IMG/VR virus record: IMGVR_UViG_3300017971_000310
Location: 1-60,228 of that record
Reading direction: 5' to 3' (one strand)
DNA length: 60,228 bases
Origin: a virus
Taxonomy: Duplodnaviria; Caudoviricetes
This document shows positions 8,810 through 18,471 of this stretch, in pieces. The position numbers and the translations under genes were made by a program. Every line of letters starts with the position of its first letter. Within the stretch, counting starts at the first letter, position 1. Under the pieces are notes generated by a model, which saw nothing but the letters and a program-made list of their open reading frames with translations, did no database searches and had not been told where the DNA came from.

Positions 8810-10153
8810 ATGAATTACAAGGAGATGCTCCGGGAGGCACGGAGTCTCTTCGAGAAGGCGACCCAACTTCATGCGAAGGCACGTGAGACTGAGGATGCTG
8901 ATGAGCGCAAGGCTCTTCTAGAGCAGGCCGATCAGTTGTCCGAGCAAGCACGTACCATCAAGGAAGATGGGCTCAAGTTCCGGGAGATCGAAATGTCCGC
9001 CAAGGAGCTAGATGAGGAGATTGAGCGGGTTACACAGGAGAAGGAAAAGCAGACTCCCAGTGTACCAGGCTCAAACGGGTTCAAGGAGTGGAACGAGTTC
9101 CTACATGCCTGCTATAAGGCAGGACATCGGGAACCTGGCGTTAGGCAGCGGGATGAACGCTTGGTCTACTTCAAAGATGAGGCCGTCGGTGGGCATGACC
9201 AGAAGCAGATGGTCGAGAGTGTTGGAGCTAGTGGTGGGTTCCTGGTTCCTACAGAGTTTCTGGCCCAGTTGCAGGCTGTAGCTGCGGAATCGTCTATCGT
9301 ACGACCACGTTCTACTATTATCCGTATGGCGAGACGGGCTATTGATATCCCGGTGTTGGATCAGACTGGGACGACCTCTAGCCAGCCGCACTGGTTCGGT
9401 GGGATGTTGGCGTACTGGGCGGAGGAAGCGGCCGAGAAGACCATTACCACGGCAGAGTTCCGCAAGGTGGAGCTGGTAGCACATAAGCTGATTATGTATA
9501 CCCGCGCCAGTGATGAGCTGTTGGACGATGCAGCTATTTCACTGTCCGACTTCCTGGCGGGGCCGCTGGGGTTTCCTGGTGCTGTGGCGTGGCATGAGGA
9601 TTATGCGTTCCTGCGTGGGACTGGTGCTGGACAGCCGTTCGGTATTATATCGGCGGTCAACCAGCCAACCATTGTAGTCGCTAGAACTGCCGCTAATAAT
9701 GTCTACTACGGAGATCTGGTCAATATGATGGAGAGCTTCTTGCCCAGCGCCAATGGCGTTTGGGTTGCTCACCAATCTGTTATGTCCAATCTGATGACTA
9801 TGATGGATCAGGCAGGCGGCGCGGCCAACACTGGTACGTATATCTGGGGTAGTGCGGCCGATGGGGTTCCGGCCCGACTGTTGGGCTTGCCCATTATCTT
9901 CACAGAAAAGACGCCCCGGATTGGGACACAGGGTGACGTTCTCCTGGCGGATATGAGATACTATCTAATTGGGGATCGTCAGGCCACAACTGTTGAGAGC
10001 ACGCAGTACGACTACTGGAGATATGATCAGACAAGTTGGCGTGCTGTTCACCGTGTTGATGGGCAGCCTTGGTTGAGTGCGCCCCTGACGCTACAGGATG
10101 GGACCTCGCAGTTCAGTCCTTTTGTCATCCTTGGCGATGCAGAGAGCTCTTAG
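8810..10153 (+). CDS. major capsid protein (HK97 fold)
   Basis: Coiled-coil delta domain, GGFLVPTEF, SDELLDDA, FLRGTGAGQPFGI, RLLGLPI, RVDG. Confidence 0.92.
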   Translation: MNYKEMLREARSLFEKATQLHAKARETEDADERKALLEQADQLSEQARTIKEDGLKFREIEMSAKELDEEIERVTQEKEKQTPSVPGSNGFKEWNEFLHACYKAGHREPGVRQRDERLVYFKDEAVGGHDQKQMVESVGASGGFLVPTEFLAQLQAVAAESSIVRPRSTIIRMARRAIDIPVLDQTGTTSSQPHWFGGMLAYWAEEAAEKTITTAEFRKVELVAHKLIMYTRASDELLDDAAISLSDFLAGPLGFPGAVAWHEDYAFLRGTGAGQPFGIISAVNQPTIVVARTAANNVYYGDLVNMMESFLPSANGVWVAHQSVMSNLMTMMDQAGGAANTGTYIWGSAADGVPARLLGLPIIFTEKTPRIGTQGDVLLADMRYYLIGDRQATTVESTQYDYWRYDQTSWRAVHRVDGQPWLSAPLTLQDGTSQFSPFVILGDAESS

Positions 10154-10170
10154 GATAGGAGGTAATAGAA

Positions 10171-10617
10171 ATGAGTGATTATACAGCACGCTTGAGCGAG
10201 CAGCTTTATCCGCTGGATGTTGAGCATGCAGATAGCCAGGATGCTGGAACGCATAATGGTACTTGGGTTGCTGTCAGTACGTATCATCGCGTCTGGTTTG
10301 TTCTGGACGTTGGTGATATGGCACAGGGTGCGACCCTGGATGCTGGGATTCAGCAGGCTACGACAACTGGTGGGGCGGGAGCTAAGGCAATTACTGGTAA
10401 GACGATCACCCAGCTAGCGCAGGCTGATGGGGATGGTGGGGATCTGGTATGCATTGAGCTACAGACAGAGGAATTGGATGTGGACGGTGGGTTCGACTGT
10501 GTCCGGTTCTATGTTACAGTGGCCAATGCTGCTGTGGAGTATAGTGCGATTCTTTATGGGTGTTCGCCTAGATTCCTGCCCGTACCCACGACCAATTGGG
10601 AAGAGATTGTCGGTTAG
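10171..10617 (+). CDS. putative capsid decoration/cement protein
   Basis: Beta-rich 148-aa protein right after the MCP with strong SD GGAGG. Confidence 0.6.
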   Translation: MSDYTARLSEQLYPLDVEHADSQDAGTHNGTWVAVSTYHRVWFVLDVGDMAQGATLDAGIQQATTTGGAGAKAITGKTITQLAQADGDGGDLVCIELQTEELDVDGGFDCVRFYVTVANAAVEYSAILYGCSPRFLPVPTTNWEEIVG

Positions 10618-10702
10618 GTAGGTTTCTACGGTTTATAGTATAGTATACCACCTAAAATCGGGTTAAAATGCTACCAAAATAGGAGCATTTCGAGGCCGAA
10701 AA

Positions 10703-10830
10703 CCCTATATATGGGGGTTGTGTGTGACCCGACCCCCATATATAGGGATCAGGGGTATTTTTATGTGGATACCTTATGGGTACAATTATACCTTAGCGGT
10801 TAACTGGTAACGACCCCCATATATGGGGGT
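10703..10830. repeat. cluster of CCC(C)ATATATGGG palindromic motifs
   Basis: 16-bp inverted repeat spanning 10703-10747 and perfect 18-bp palindrome ACCCCCATATATGGGGGT at 10813-10830. Confidence 0.8.
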
Positions 10831-10866
10831 AAAACACACATTTTTCTAAACTATACGTTTTATACT

Positions 10867-11514
10867 ATGGCTAAAATCTGGATTCGATGTCTTACTATAG
10901 TCAGGTCAACCGATCAACATGGCAGGCCCTCAGTCTACCATCCTGGGGATTGGGCCAAGGTTGGCAAACATGAGGCCCGTCAATTAGTTGCACAGGGAAG
11001 CGCTGAAATACCTAATGTGCAGACTAGGCAGACTGCGTATGATTGGTACGATTGCGGGGTAGTTCTTAGGGGGAATACGGCTCCTGGACGTGCTGCCCTG
11101 GAGAAGCATTATCCTGGGCTAAACGTCACAAATGGTGGATTAGATCTAACATACTCTAGAAATCTACTATGGGATGCCACATCAAAAATGAATATGCGCT
11201 TCTTACCCGTTGGGTACGAACGGATGGTTAATGGCTGGCAGATGGCTGTGCCTCTAGTGGACTATGACCTATTAGCCACAGATATCGGTACAGAGGAGGA
11301 ACGGGCTTATACGAAATCTATAATACGGGATTTGCGTGTACCAGTGTACGACACGAATATTATATTTGCTGTAAGATGTAATGATGTCCAGGCTTGGTTA
11401 GATAGTTGGAAACAGGAACAGAAGAAGGGTGGGGATATACGTCTATCGTTCTTACGGGCGTTATATATAACTAAGCCAATCATATGTGCGTTGCCGGTGA
11501 CTTGGAAACAATGA
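10867..11514 (+). CDS. small head-associated-type domain fused to degenerate GT-A fold domain
   Basis: C-terminal half aligns by eye with 12763..13362 (GW, EEER.T, W, LRAL) but has DAT in place of DAD. Confidence 0.55.
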   Translation: MAKIWIRCLTIVRSTDQHGRPSVYHPGDWAKVGKHEARQLVAQGSAEIPNVQTRQTAYDWYDCGVVLRGNTAPGRAALEKHYPGLNVTNGGLDLTYSRNLLWDATSKMNMRFLPVGYERMVNGWQMAVPLVDYDLLATDIGTEEERAYTKSIIRDLRVPVYDTNIIFAVRCNDVQAWLDSWKQEQKKGGDIRLSFLRALYITKPIICALPVTWKQ

Positions 11515-12434
11515 GAATAATTGCGTATCCGTTGGGAGACTTGAATACAGCGTCTTCTAGGTATAGGGCATACTGGCCAGCAGAAGAGCTTGGGGGCAAG
11601 CGGTTTGCTGTTGCCACGACGGATAATGACTGGGAACAATCTACCATTGTAATGTTTCAACGTGCCTGTACTGTAGCCTATCAAGATATAGCCAAGCGGG
11701 CACATAATACCAGGAAGTTTGTAGTATACGATTACACAGATTTCTATTGGAGGACTGTTGGCGTAGATAAACCCCCAGATAGTGGGGAACTTAAAATGGT
11801 ACAGTATGCCGATCTGTTGACGTGTTGTAACCAGGATGATGCGTGGCTACTACGTCGTACGTTTAATAAGCCAGTCCGTATCCTACCAAATATGCAGAAA
11901 TTATCTCTTTACGTAAAGCAGAAAGTCTACGAAAAGACAGATTGCCCTGTGGTGTTGTGGGTAGGATACAACCATAATATTCGGGCACTGAAATCCATGT
12001 GGGCAGGATTACAGGAAGTTGCTAATAAGGGAATACAGTTTTCTGTTCTAATTGTCAATAACGATGGGGTAGTTCCCAAGCTGGTTCTACCACGCAATAT
12101 AGAGGCAGTTCCATGGTCCTTAAAGAATCTAGGCGATATTATGTGTAGAGGGGATGTGGCAATAAATCCACAGATACCTTGTGCTAATGGTAGATACTAC
12201 AAGGACAATAATAAGAGTGTAACCGCTTGGGCACATGGGTTGGCCTGTTTATCTTTTGATGAGGTAAAGAATTGGGCCAGGGAATTAGAGTGGCCATTGA
12301 TAGATCGAGACAATAGGGCAGAAGAGGGGGAGTATAACAGACTGCGGGCAAGGGATTATGACGTCAGTGTTATGGCTCCTAAGTGGTGGGATATATTGGT
12401 GGAGGAATACCAGTGGTGGAAAGGTCCCCGCTAA
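11511..12434 (+). CDS. glycosyltransferase (GT-B, GT4-like)
   Basis: ASSRYRAYWP, VMFQR, VVYDYTD, LWVG, DVAINP..YKDNNK...AWAHGL. Confidence 0.7.
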   Translation: MRIIAYPLGDLNTASSRYRAYWPAEELGGKRFAVATTDNDWEQSTIVMFQRACTVAYQDIAKRAHNTRKFVVYDYTDFYWRTVGVDKPPDSGELKMVQYADLLTCCNQDDAWLLRRTFNKPVRILPNMQKLSLYVKQKVYEKTDCPVVLWVGYNHNIRALKSMWAGLQEVANKGIQFSVLIVNNDGVVPKLVLPRNIEAVPWSLKNLGDIMCRGDVAINPQIPCANGRYYKDNNKSVTAWAHGLACLSFDEVKNWARELEWPLIDRDNRAEEGEYNRLRARDYDVSVMAPKWWDILVEEYQWWKGPR

Positions 12435-12790
12435 AAATAGTATCGGATAGGCGAGGTTCCCTGGCAGAACTTTTTAGAGGAGATTGGGGACAGGTAAATG
12501 TGGTGGAAGTTTCCCCTGGCGCTTTGAGAGGCTGCCATAGACATAACAAGACAAATGAAGCTTGGGCATTTCTATATGGGATGGGTGTATTATACATGGA
12601 AGGGGAACACGGTACAGTAGAACGTATAGATGTATCCAGAGGCGACCATATATTTCTGCCTGCTGGTACGGGCCACGCCATTCGGAACACGGGACCGGAA
12701 TTATTGGTATTTGTCTATTATATGGATCATATGTATAACCAGGAGAATCCAGATAAGGAACCATGGCTAGTAGAGGAGTTGTTTACGTAG
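12383..12790 (+). CDS. cupin-fold sugar isomerase/epimerase (WxcM/FdtA-like)
   Basis: DRRGSLAE, PGALRGCHRH...E, PAGTGHAIRN; exact start uncertain. Confidence 0.75.
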   Translation: MVGYIGGGIPVVERSPLKIVSDRRGSLAELFRGDWGQVNVVEVSPGALRGCHRHNKTNEAWAFLYGMGVLYMEGEHGTVERIDVSRGDHIFLPAGTGHAIRNTGPELLVFVYYMDHMYNQENPDKEPWLVEELFT

Positions 12791-13362
12791 CTGTTGGCCC
12801 CAATGCTAAGGAAGAGGCAAAAAAGAGCATACGAACATTGAGACGTCATAATAATCTAGATGTGCAGGTTATATCCGATGGGCTGATTAATGGGTGTAAT
12901 ACAGTTACATTCAATAATCCGGGGCGTGGGGCACGACGGGCAAAGTTGAGCATACATAATCTCGTGCCATGGGATAATGTACTGTATATAGATGCAGATA
13001 CCAGAGTACATGGGAACTTAGAGGTTGGATTCGATATATTGGAGGATGGTTGGGATCTTGTTATAGTGCCAAGTGAAAATCAGAATGAGAATGCGTTATG
13101 GCACGTCAGAGAGGAGGAGCGGGAAGCAACCTTACAAGTAGTTCCTGCCCCCTTGCAGTTACAGGGCGGCTTGTTCTGGTTCAATAGAGAACGTTGCAAA
13201 TATATGTTTGATGGTTGGCTGGATGAGTGGTTACGTTGGTCCGGTAAAGATCAAGCTGCTTTGTTAAGGGCATTAGAAAAAGAGCATGTTAAGATATGGC
13301 TTATGGGTAGACCGTTCAATGGGGGTAGCGTAGTAGAGCATCTATTTGGGAGGGCACGGTGA
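12763..13362 (+). CDS. GT-A nucleotide-diphospho-sugar transferase
   Basis: RGVVYVAVG, LYIDADT (DxD), DQAALLRAL. Confidence 0.8.
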   Translation: MASRGVVYVAVGPNAKEEAKKSIRTLRRHNNLDVQVISDGLINGCNTVTFNNPGRGARRAKLSIHNLVPWDNVLYIDADTRVHGNLEVGFDILEDGWDLVIVPSENQNENALWHVREEEREATLQVVPAPLQLQGGLFWFNRERCKYMFDGWLDEWLRWSGKDQAALLRALEKEHVKIWLMGRPFNGGSVVEHLFGRAR

Positions 13363-14051
13363 TACCTGACATCTTTATGATGACATATAACCGCCCACAA
13401 ATGTTATCCAGAACGGTTCAATGTCTATACGATCGTACTACTACGCCATTTAATTTACATATAGTGGATGATGGTAGTTATGCTGGTCAGATTGTGCTGT
13501 TAGGTTTATGGGGAGACGGCAAGGCCAAGACAATAGTTATGCGAGAAACCAATAGAGGGGTTCCGTATAATATTAGATTAATGGCTACCCTAACAGAAAG
13601 CGACCCAGTGATACTAATGGGAGACGACCATTTATGTCCACTGGTAGAACCGGATTGGTTGACTCGTGGTCTTATGGCTATGGATGAGAATCTCAATATG
13701 GGCATGTTAGCGTTGAACGACCCATCCTGTAATACTAACAACAGACGACACGTCAAGGAACGTGCTAAGCCCATCACAATCTGTGAGTTTGTCGGTGGTA
13801 CGTTTCTATTCATACGCAGGGAAATTATAGAGTCATTTGTCTACCCGAAAGCTTGGGAGGCTATACAATCTCCATTGAAGAGCTGGGCTAATCATACAAG
13901 AGAGCTTGGGTATGATGTAGGGTATCTTGTGGATACTTATTGTCAACATATTGGGAAATTCTCGGCTAGGATGGGAACAGATATAAGCGAACATCTAATC
14001 GAACCGATAGATCCTGTAACATTGGAGCCAGCAGAAGAATATGCCTGGTAA
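13359..14051 (+). CDS. glycosyltransferase family 2
   Basis: TYNRP, IVDDGS, NRGV, MGDD, HIG motifs. Confidence 0.85.
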   Translation: MIPDIFMMTYNRPQMLSRTVQCLYDRTTTPFNLHIVDDGSYAGQIVLLGLWGDGKAKTIVMRETNRGVPYNIRLMATLTESDPVILMGDDHLCPLVEPDWLTRGLMAMDENLNMGMLALNDPSCNTNNRRHVKERAKPITICEFVGGTFLFIRREIIESFVYPKAWEAIQSPLKSWANHTRELGYDVGYLVDTYCQHIGKFSARMGTDISEHLIEPIDPVTLEPAEEYAW

Positions 14052-14943
14052 CATACTATTCATAGGGGGAACGGGCAGGTGTGGTACTACCCTGTTGCGC
14101 GACTGTTTATGTAAACATCCGGATATGACCACTACACCATATAAGTGGAGATTCATAAACGATCCCGATGGCCTGGTCGATTTCTGTTCCGGTACTGCAT
14201 CGACGTGGTCTCCCTACATCTACGATGCGAAATTAAAAAGGCTAGAGAAGCTATTCAGTCTACTGGAATATAAATGTGGTGATGGACCTTATTGGGACTA
14301 TGCCCTGGGAATGTGGCTACCTAATTACAGACGTCACGTGGATACGCTAATTGGAGAGCTTACCCAGTTTTCCTATAGCAGAGGCTGGGTGGGATCGCCC
14401 AATGTGGAAACAGCTATATATAGATACCCTGCTAGAGGATTATTGGGAGCGGTGCGGGATTTTATAACGAATATAGTGAATGATTATTTGACCCAGACTG
14501 GCGGCAGTATATTTGTGGATGCGGATACGTGGAACATACTGTTCTTCAGGGATATTTTACACATATTACCAGAGGCTAGGTTAATTCATATATGGCGGGA
14601 TCCAATAGAGACCGTATGTTCTTTGGCCGAACAGCGTTGGATGCCAGATGATATTGAGCAGGCAGCTATGATATACAGAGATTTATTGATGCGCTGGGAG
14701 GCTGTGCGACATTCAATACCATATTACACATACACCCAAATCCAATATGAGGACTTAGTAAATAAACCAGAGGAAACCTTATATAAAATATGTGATTGGA
14801 TAGGCATAGACTACACTAAAGAAATGCTACTGCCTATTGGGAGTCCGACTAGCAGGGTGGCTAATTTAGATACTATACAGGAGTTGTGTAATATAACACG
14901 TTTCACCAGGGAAGCCGGGTATGAGAGTACACATTGTCTGTGA
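14041..14943 (+). CDS. sulfotransferase
   Basis: 5'-PSB FIGGTGRCGTTLL, 3'-PB IHIWRDP....S, YEDLV.KPEE. Confidence 0.88.
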   Translation: MPGNILFIGGTGRCGTTLLRDCLCKHPDMTTTPYKWRFINDPDGLVDFCSGTASTWSPYIYDAKLKRLEKLFSLLEYKCGDGPYWDYALGMWLPNYRRHVDTLIGELTQFSYSRGWVGSPNVETAIYRYPARGLLGAVRDFITNIVNDYLTQTGGSIFVDADTWNILFFRDILHILPEARLIHIWRDPIETVCSLAEQRWMPDDIEQAAMIYRDLLMRWEAVRHSIPYYTYTQIQYEDLVNKPEETLYKICDWIGIDYTKEMLLPIGSPTSRVANLDTIQELCNITRFTREAGYESTHCL

Positions 14944-16558
14944 ACGTCTTAATACGTCTCGCATATTACCTAGGCTAGCCAAATATTTGGCCGAACACAA
15001 TAATTGGACAGTCGGGGAGGAGCCCAGTACAGCAACAGATCTGAACTATTTTATTCCTTACATAACATGGCGTCAGCATTTTAATGGGTGGAAGAAAACT
15101 AAGCTAGCAGCATATTTTAGCCACTATGACATAAATAATAAAATGAAGGCTAAGTGGTGGCGGGAAGCGGCAGACGCCATGGATTTGTGTACCATAACAT
15201 CCAATCAATATAGGGAACTTTTGGATGCTAATAAGACAATATACGTCAGGCCCCCAGTGGAGGTCGATAGGTTCACAATAAATCCTTGGGGTAAGTCGCA
15301 AATGCCCATAGTCGGAGTGATGGGGTATGTATATGGGGATGGTCGCAAGGGGGAAGACTTAGTAGAGGAGCTACTTAAAACACCGATAGCCAATACAGTG
15401 GAATGGAGAGCTAGTGGTAGAGGCTGGCCAATTAAGACCGTCAGCTACTCATGGGAGGAATTACCCAAGTTTGTTCAGGGATTGGATGTATTATTGTGCC
15501 CATCTAAATTTGAAGGCGTGCCGATGCCGCCATTAGAGGCTTTGGCGTGTGGGGTAAAAATCGTAATCCCAATGGGTGTTGGGATGTTGGACGATCTGCC
15601 AGATATGCCGGGCATATATAGGTATGAGGCAGAGAATGTAGTCGATATGGCCCTTGCCCTAAAACGTGCATGTACTGGCACGGCCAATAGAGGGGATTTA
15701 CGTAACATAATCAAGGACACGTATACAGCGGCTACATGGTCGCAAGATCATAGAACAGGATTTGAGGAGCATTTTAGTAATGTGACAGTTGAAGCTAAGT
15801 TGCCAAAGTGGAAAGAGAGCTCTGGAGTCTATATAGTAGCGTTCGGGGAGCCCGCCAGAAAATGCGCCAACCTATGTATCGATTCTATACATAAACATAT
15901 GCCTGGCCTTCCAGTATGTTTAGCCGCCGCGGAACCACTGGGGCCAGAGGATGTATTTGTAAAACATAAGGACGCGGATATAGGGGGCCGTATAGCAAAA
16001 TTGTCCGCATACGCTTTAGCCCCCAAGGAATGGAATTATATACTGTATCTAGACGCGGATACCGAAGTTGTTGGTGATATAGGGTTTCTTTTTCAGGCGT
16101 TGCAGGATGGATGGGAATTCCTTATATGTAAGGATATGGACAAATATTCCACAGCGGTTATGATGAAACGCCCCGATAATAAAGACGAGTGTGAGGTGAC
16201 CTGGGATTTGTTAGGGGCACGAGAGGGCGCGCTACAGTATAATGGTGGAATGATGGGCTTTCGCCGCAACAAGAGAACTGCCAAGTTCTTTAATATGTGG
16301 AGAGAGGAATGGGAGCGTTGGGGCAAACGGGACCAGGGGGCCTTATTGCGGGCGTTATATAGACAGCCTTTGAGAATGTATGTATTAATGAACCAGTGGA
16401 ACGCATCAGATAGATATCCGTTGCCACCTGGCAATATAGCTATTATGCATCATAACGTAAAAGCTAGGCGCTGGGGTGGGATAGTCGATGGTAGATTAGA
16501 CTCAGCTATAGCATGGGGTAAGGTAGAAGAATGGGAGCGCCATCATGGATACAGATAA
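14921..16558 (+). CDS. bifunctional glycosyltransferase (GT4-like + GT-A)
   Basis: N-half LDVLLCPSKFEGVPMPPLEALACG; C-half LYLDADT, YNGG, DQGALLRAL. Confidence 0.85.
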   Translation: MRVHIVCERLNTSRILPRLAKYLAEHNNWTVGEEPSTATDLNYFIPYITWRQHFNGWKKTKLAAYFSHYDINNKMKAKWWREAADAMDLCTITSNQYRELLDANKTIYVRPPVEVDRFTINPWGKSQMPIVGVMGYVYGDGRKGEDLVEELLKTPIANTVEWRASGRGWPIKTVSYSWEELPKFVQGLDVLLCPSKFEGVPMPPLEALACGVKIVIPMGVGMLDDLPDMPGIYRYEAENVVDMALALKRACTGTANRGDLRNIIKDTYTAATWSQDHRTGFEEHFSNVTVEAKLPKWKESSGVYIVAFGEPARKCANLCIDSIHKHMPGLPVCLAAAEPLGPEDVFVKHKDADIGGRIAKLSAYALAPKEWNYILYLDADTEVVGDIGFLFQALQDGWEFLICKDMDKYSTAVMMKRPDNKDECEVTWDLLGAREGALQYNGGMMGFRRNKRTAKFFNMWREEWERWGKRDQGALLRALYRQPLRMYVLMNQWNASDRYPLPPGNIAIMHHNVKARRWGGIVDGRLDSAIAWGKVEEWERHHGYR

Positions 16559-17168
16559 TAAACTAAAAGACAATCTTGTTAAAGAGCATCCAGAACTGGA
16601 GGAGATATTTCGCACAGTTAACAATCGAATTATTCGGTCTAAACGAGAGATATACGATTATCAGGCTGCGATGCTATACAAGTTGGCACTACCATATAAC
16701 TCAGAAGGTTGTAGGGCGTTAGAGATAGGATCTGCTTTTGGGTATTCTTGTTGGTTCATTGCCCATGCTATGTCAAACGCCAGGCGGATAACTACGTTGA
16801 ACCCAAAAGCCAAAGAATACCATCACACGGTTCGGGCGTTGTTACCGTTTGAGAACGTGCAGGTTATATGGATGCGGTCTTGGGATTATTTGAAATACTA
16901 CTCAAAGCCGGCATTTAATTTCATATTTGTGGATGGGGACCATGAGCAGGTTGCCAGGGACTTACCCTGGTTTAATCTCCTAAGACCGGGCGGGCTTATA
17001 TTGTTTCACGACTACGCGCCAGATGGTTCGGCTAGACCGGTCCCTACAGTGTACAATGTATTGAACGACGCCAAGCAACGGCTCAAGAGAGATTTTGATA
17101 TCTATATTGTGGATGACAATCAAGTGGGCATGGTAGGCTGGTATCGTCAAGAGGGGGAACAATTGTGA
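16545..17168 (+). CDS. class I SAM-dependent methyltransferase (Methyltransf_24-like)
   Basis: LEIGSAFGYS, FIFVDGDH, LRPGGLILFHDY. Confidence 0.85.
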   Translation: MDTDNKLKDNLVKEHPELEEIFRTVNNRIIRSKREIYDYQAAMLYKLALPYNSEGCRALEIGSAFGYSCWFIAHAMSNARRITTLNPKAKEYHHTVRALLPFENVQVIWMRSWDYLKYYSKPAFNFIFVDGDHEQVARDLPWFNLLRPGGLILFHDYAPDGSARPVPTVYNVLNDAKQRLKRDFDIYIVDDNQVGMVGWYRQEGEQL

Positions 17169-17611
17169 AGAGGCTCAATCTTGGCTGTGGCAAGGATGTT
17201 CGGGGGGATTGGATCAATCACGATATAAAACAGCACGACGCTGCTATAGATGTTGTATGGGACTTAAATAAGATACCCTGGCCCTGGGACGACAGCTCTG
17301 TAGATATGATCCACGCCATTAGCGTATTGGAGCACCTTAAGCTAACATTCATAGAATCCCTAGACGAGTGTTGGAGAATACTTAAGCCGGGAGGGGCACT
17401 TTACGTAAAGTTTCCCATCTACACTTCACCATTCATACATCATGACCCTACACATAGATGGTTCTGGGATGAGTCTACACCAAATTTTGTAGACCCGGCT
17501 ACGGATTTGGGCAAGCGATACAGTTATTATACGACTAGGAAATGGGAGACATTAGATAAGAAGGTTACGGATAAAAATTGCTGGATCACATTGAGACCAC
17601 TTAAGAAATGA
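17165..17611 (+). CDS. class I SAM-dependent methyltransferase (Methyltransf_11-like)
   Basis: LNLGCG, VLEHL, RILKPGG, DPTH. Confidence 0.85.
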   Translation: MKRLNLGCGKDVRGDWINHDIKQHDAAIDVVWDLNKIPWPWDDSSVDMIHAISVLEHLKLTFIESLDECWRILKPGGALYVKFPIYTSPFIHHDPTHRWFWDESTPNFVDPATDLGKRYSYYTTRKWETLDKKVTDKNCWITLRPLKK

Positions 17612-18471
17612 AGGTAGCATTAATACACAGGGAGGGACCTAGGGGAATAAATCGTTCTGTCGGATGGTGGGCGTACGATGTACCAGAGTTTGAGGTAACA
17701 CATTTCCCGGTTCCCAAGTATTCCAGACATAGTAAGAGTGAGTTCAAAGAGTTTGATATCATAATACAGGAGGATCACAAAACAAAAATAACATGGAGGG
17801 ATGACACGGATAGGCCGCCAAGATGCTATCATATTGTGGATTCGTTTAAGAGAGATCAATATCTAGACAGGCGGTATTATGCTACTGGAGCAGATTTATT
17901 ATTGGTGGATTGTGACAGTATAAAGCGGTTCAGAGATATTGCCCCAGTCAGGAGATTCAACTATTGTGTCAATGTAGAAAAGTTTTATGATATGGGTCTA
18001 GAGAGGGATATAGATATCGGATGGTATTATCGACCTAATTTTCCAGAACGTGGGGAGTTGGACCTATGGTTGAAAGGCTTTTGTAAGGAACATAATTGGG
18101 TATATAGTTCAGGGAAGCGTGTCAAAGGCAATTATGTAGAGTATCTAAACAGGACAAAGATATCTATAAATTTATGTAGATTTGACACTATGAGAACACA
18201 TAGGGTATTCGATTCCATGGCTTGTGGGTGTTGTTTGGTTACATCCCCAATTGCGTTTATAGCTGGGGAAGAACGGGAGGAAAATAAGCACTATCTAGTG
18301 TTCAGGAATTATGACCTATTAGCCAAGCATTTGATGTGGTTAATGGAGGGTAATTGGAAGGGCATAGCCGAGGCAGGAAAGGCTCTGGTGGACACATATC
18401 ATACATGGGATGTTCGGGCTAAAGAGCTTTATACTACACTGGTGAAGGAGTTTCCATGGCTAGGATCCTAA
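17608..18471 (+). CDS. glycosyltransferase (CgeB/Glyco_trans_1_2-like)
   Basis: YLNRTKISIN..RVFDSMACGCCLVT..IAEAG..HTWD.RA. Confidence 0.8.
   Translation: MKVALIHREGPRGINRSVGWWAYDVPEFEVTHFPVPKYSRHSKSEFKEFDIIIQEDHKTKITWRDDTDRPPRCYHIVDSFKRDQYLDRRYYATGADLLLVDCDSIKRFRDIAPVRRFNYCVNVEKFYDMGLERDIDIGWYYRPNFPERGELDLWLKGFCKEHNWVYSSGKRVKGNYVEYLNRTKISINLCRFDTMRTHRVFDSMACGCCLVTSPIAFIAGEEREENKHYLVFRNYDLLAKHLMWLMEGNWKGIAEAGKALVDTYHTWDVRAKELYTTLVKEFPWLGS

Noticed and set aside
10642-10670. Fifth copy of the phage promoter (GTGGTATACT on the minus strand)
   Set aside because: The extended -10 matches but no TTTACA lies at the 16-nt spacing, so it is not counted.
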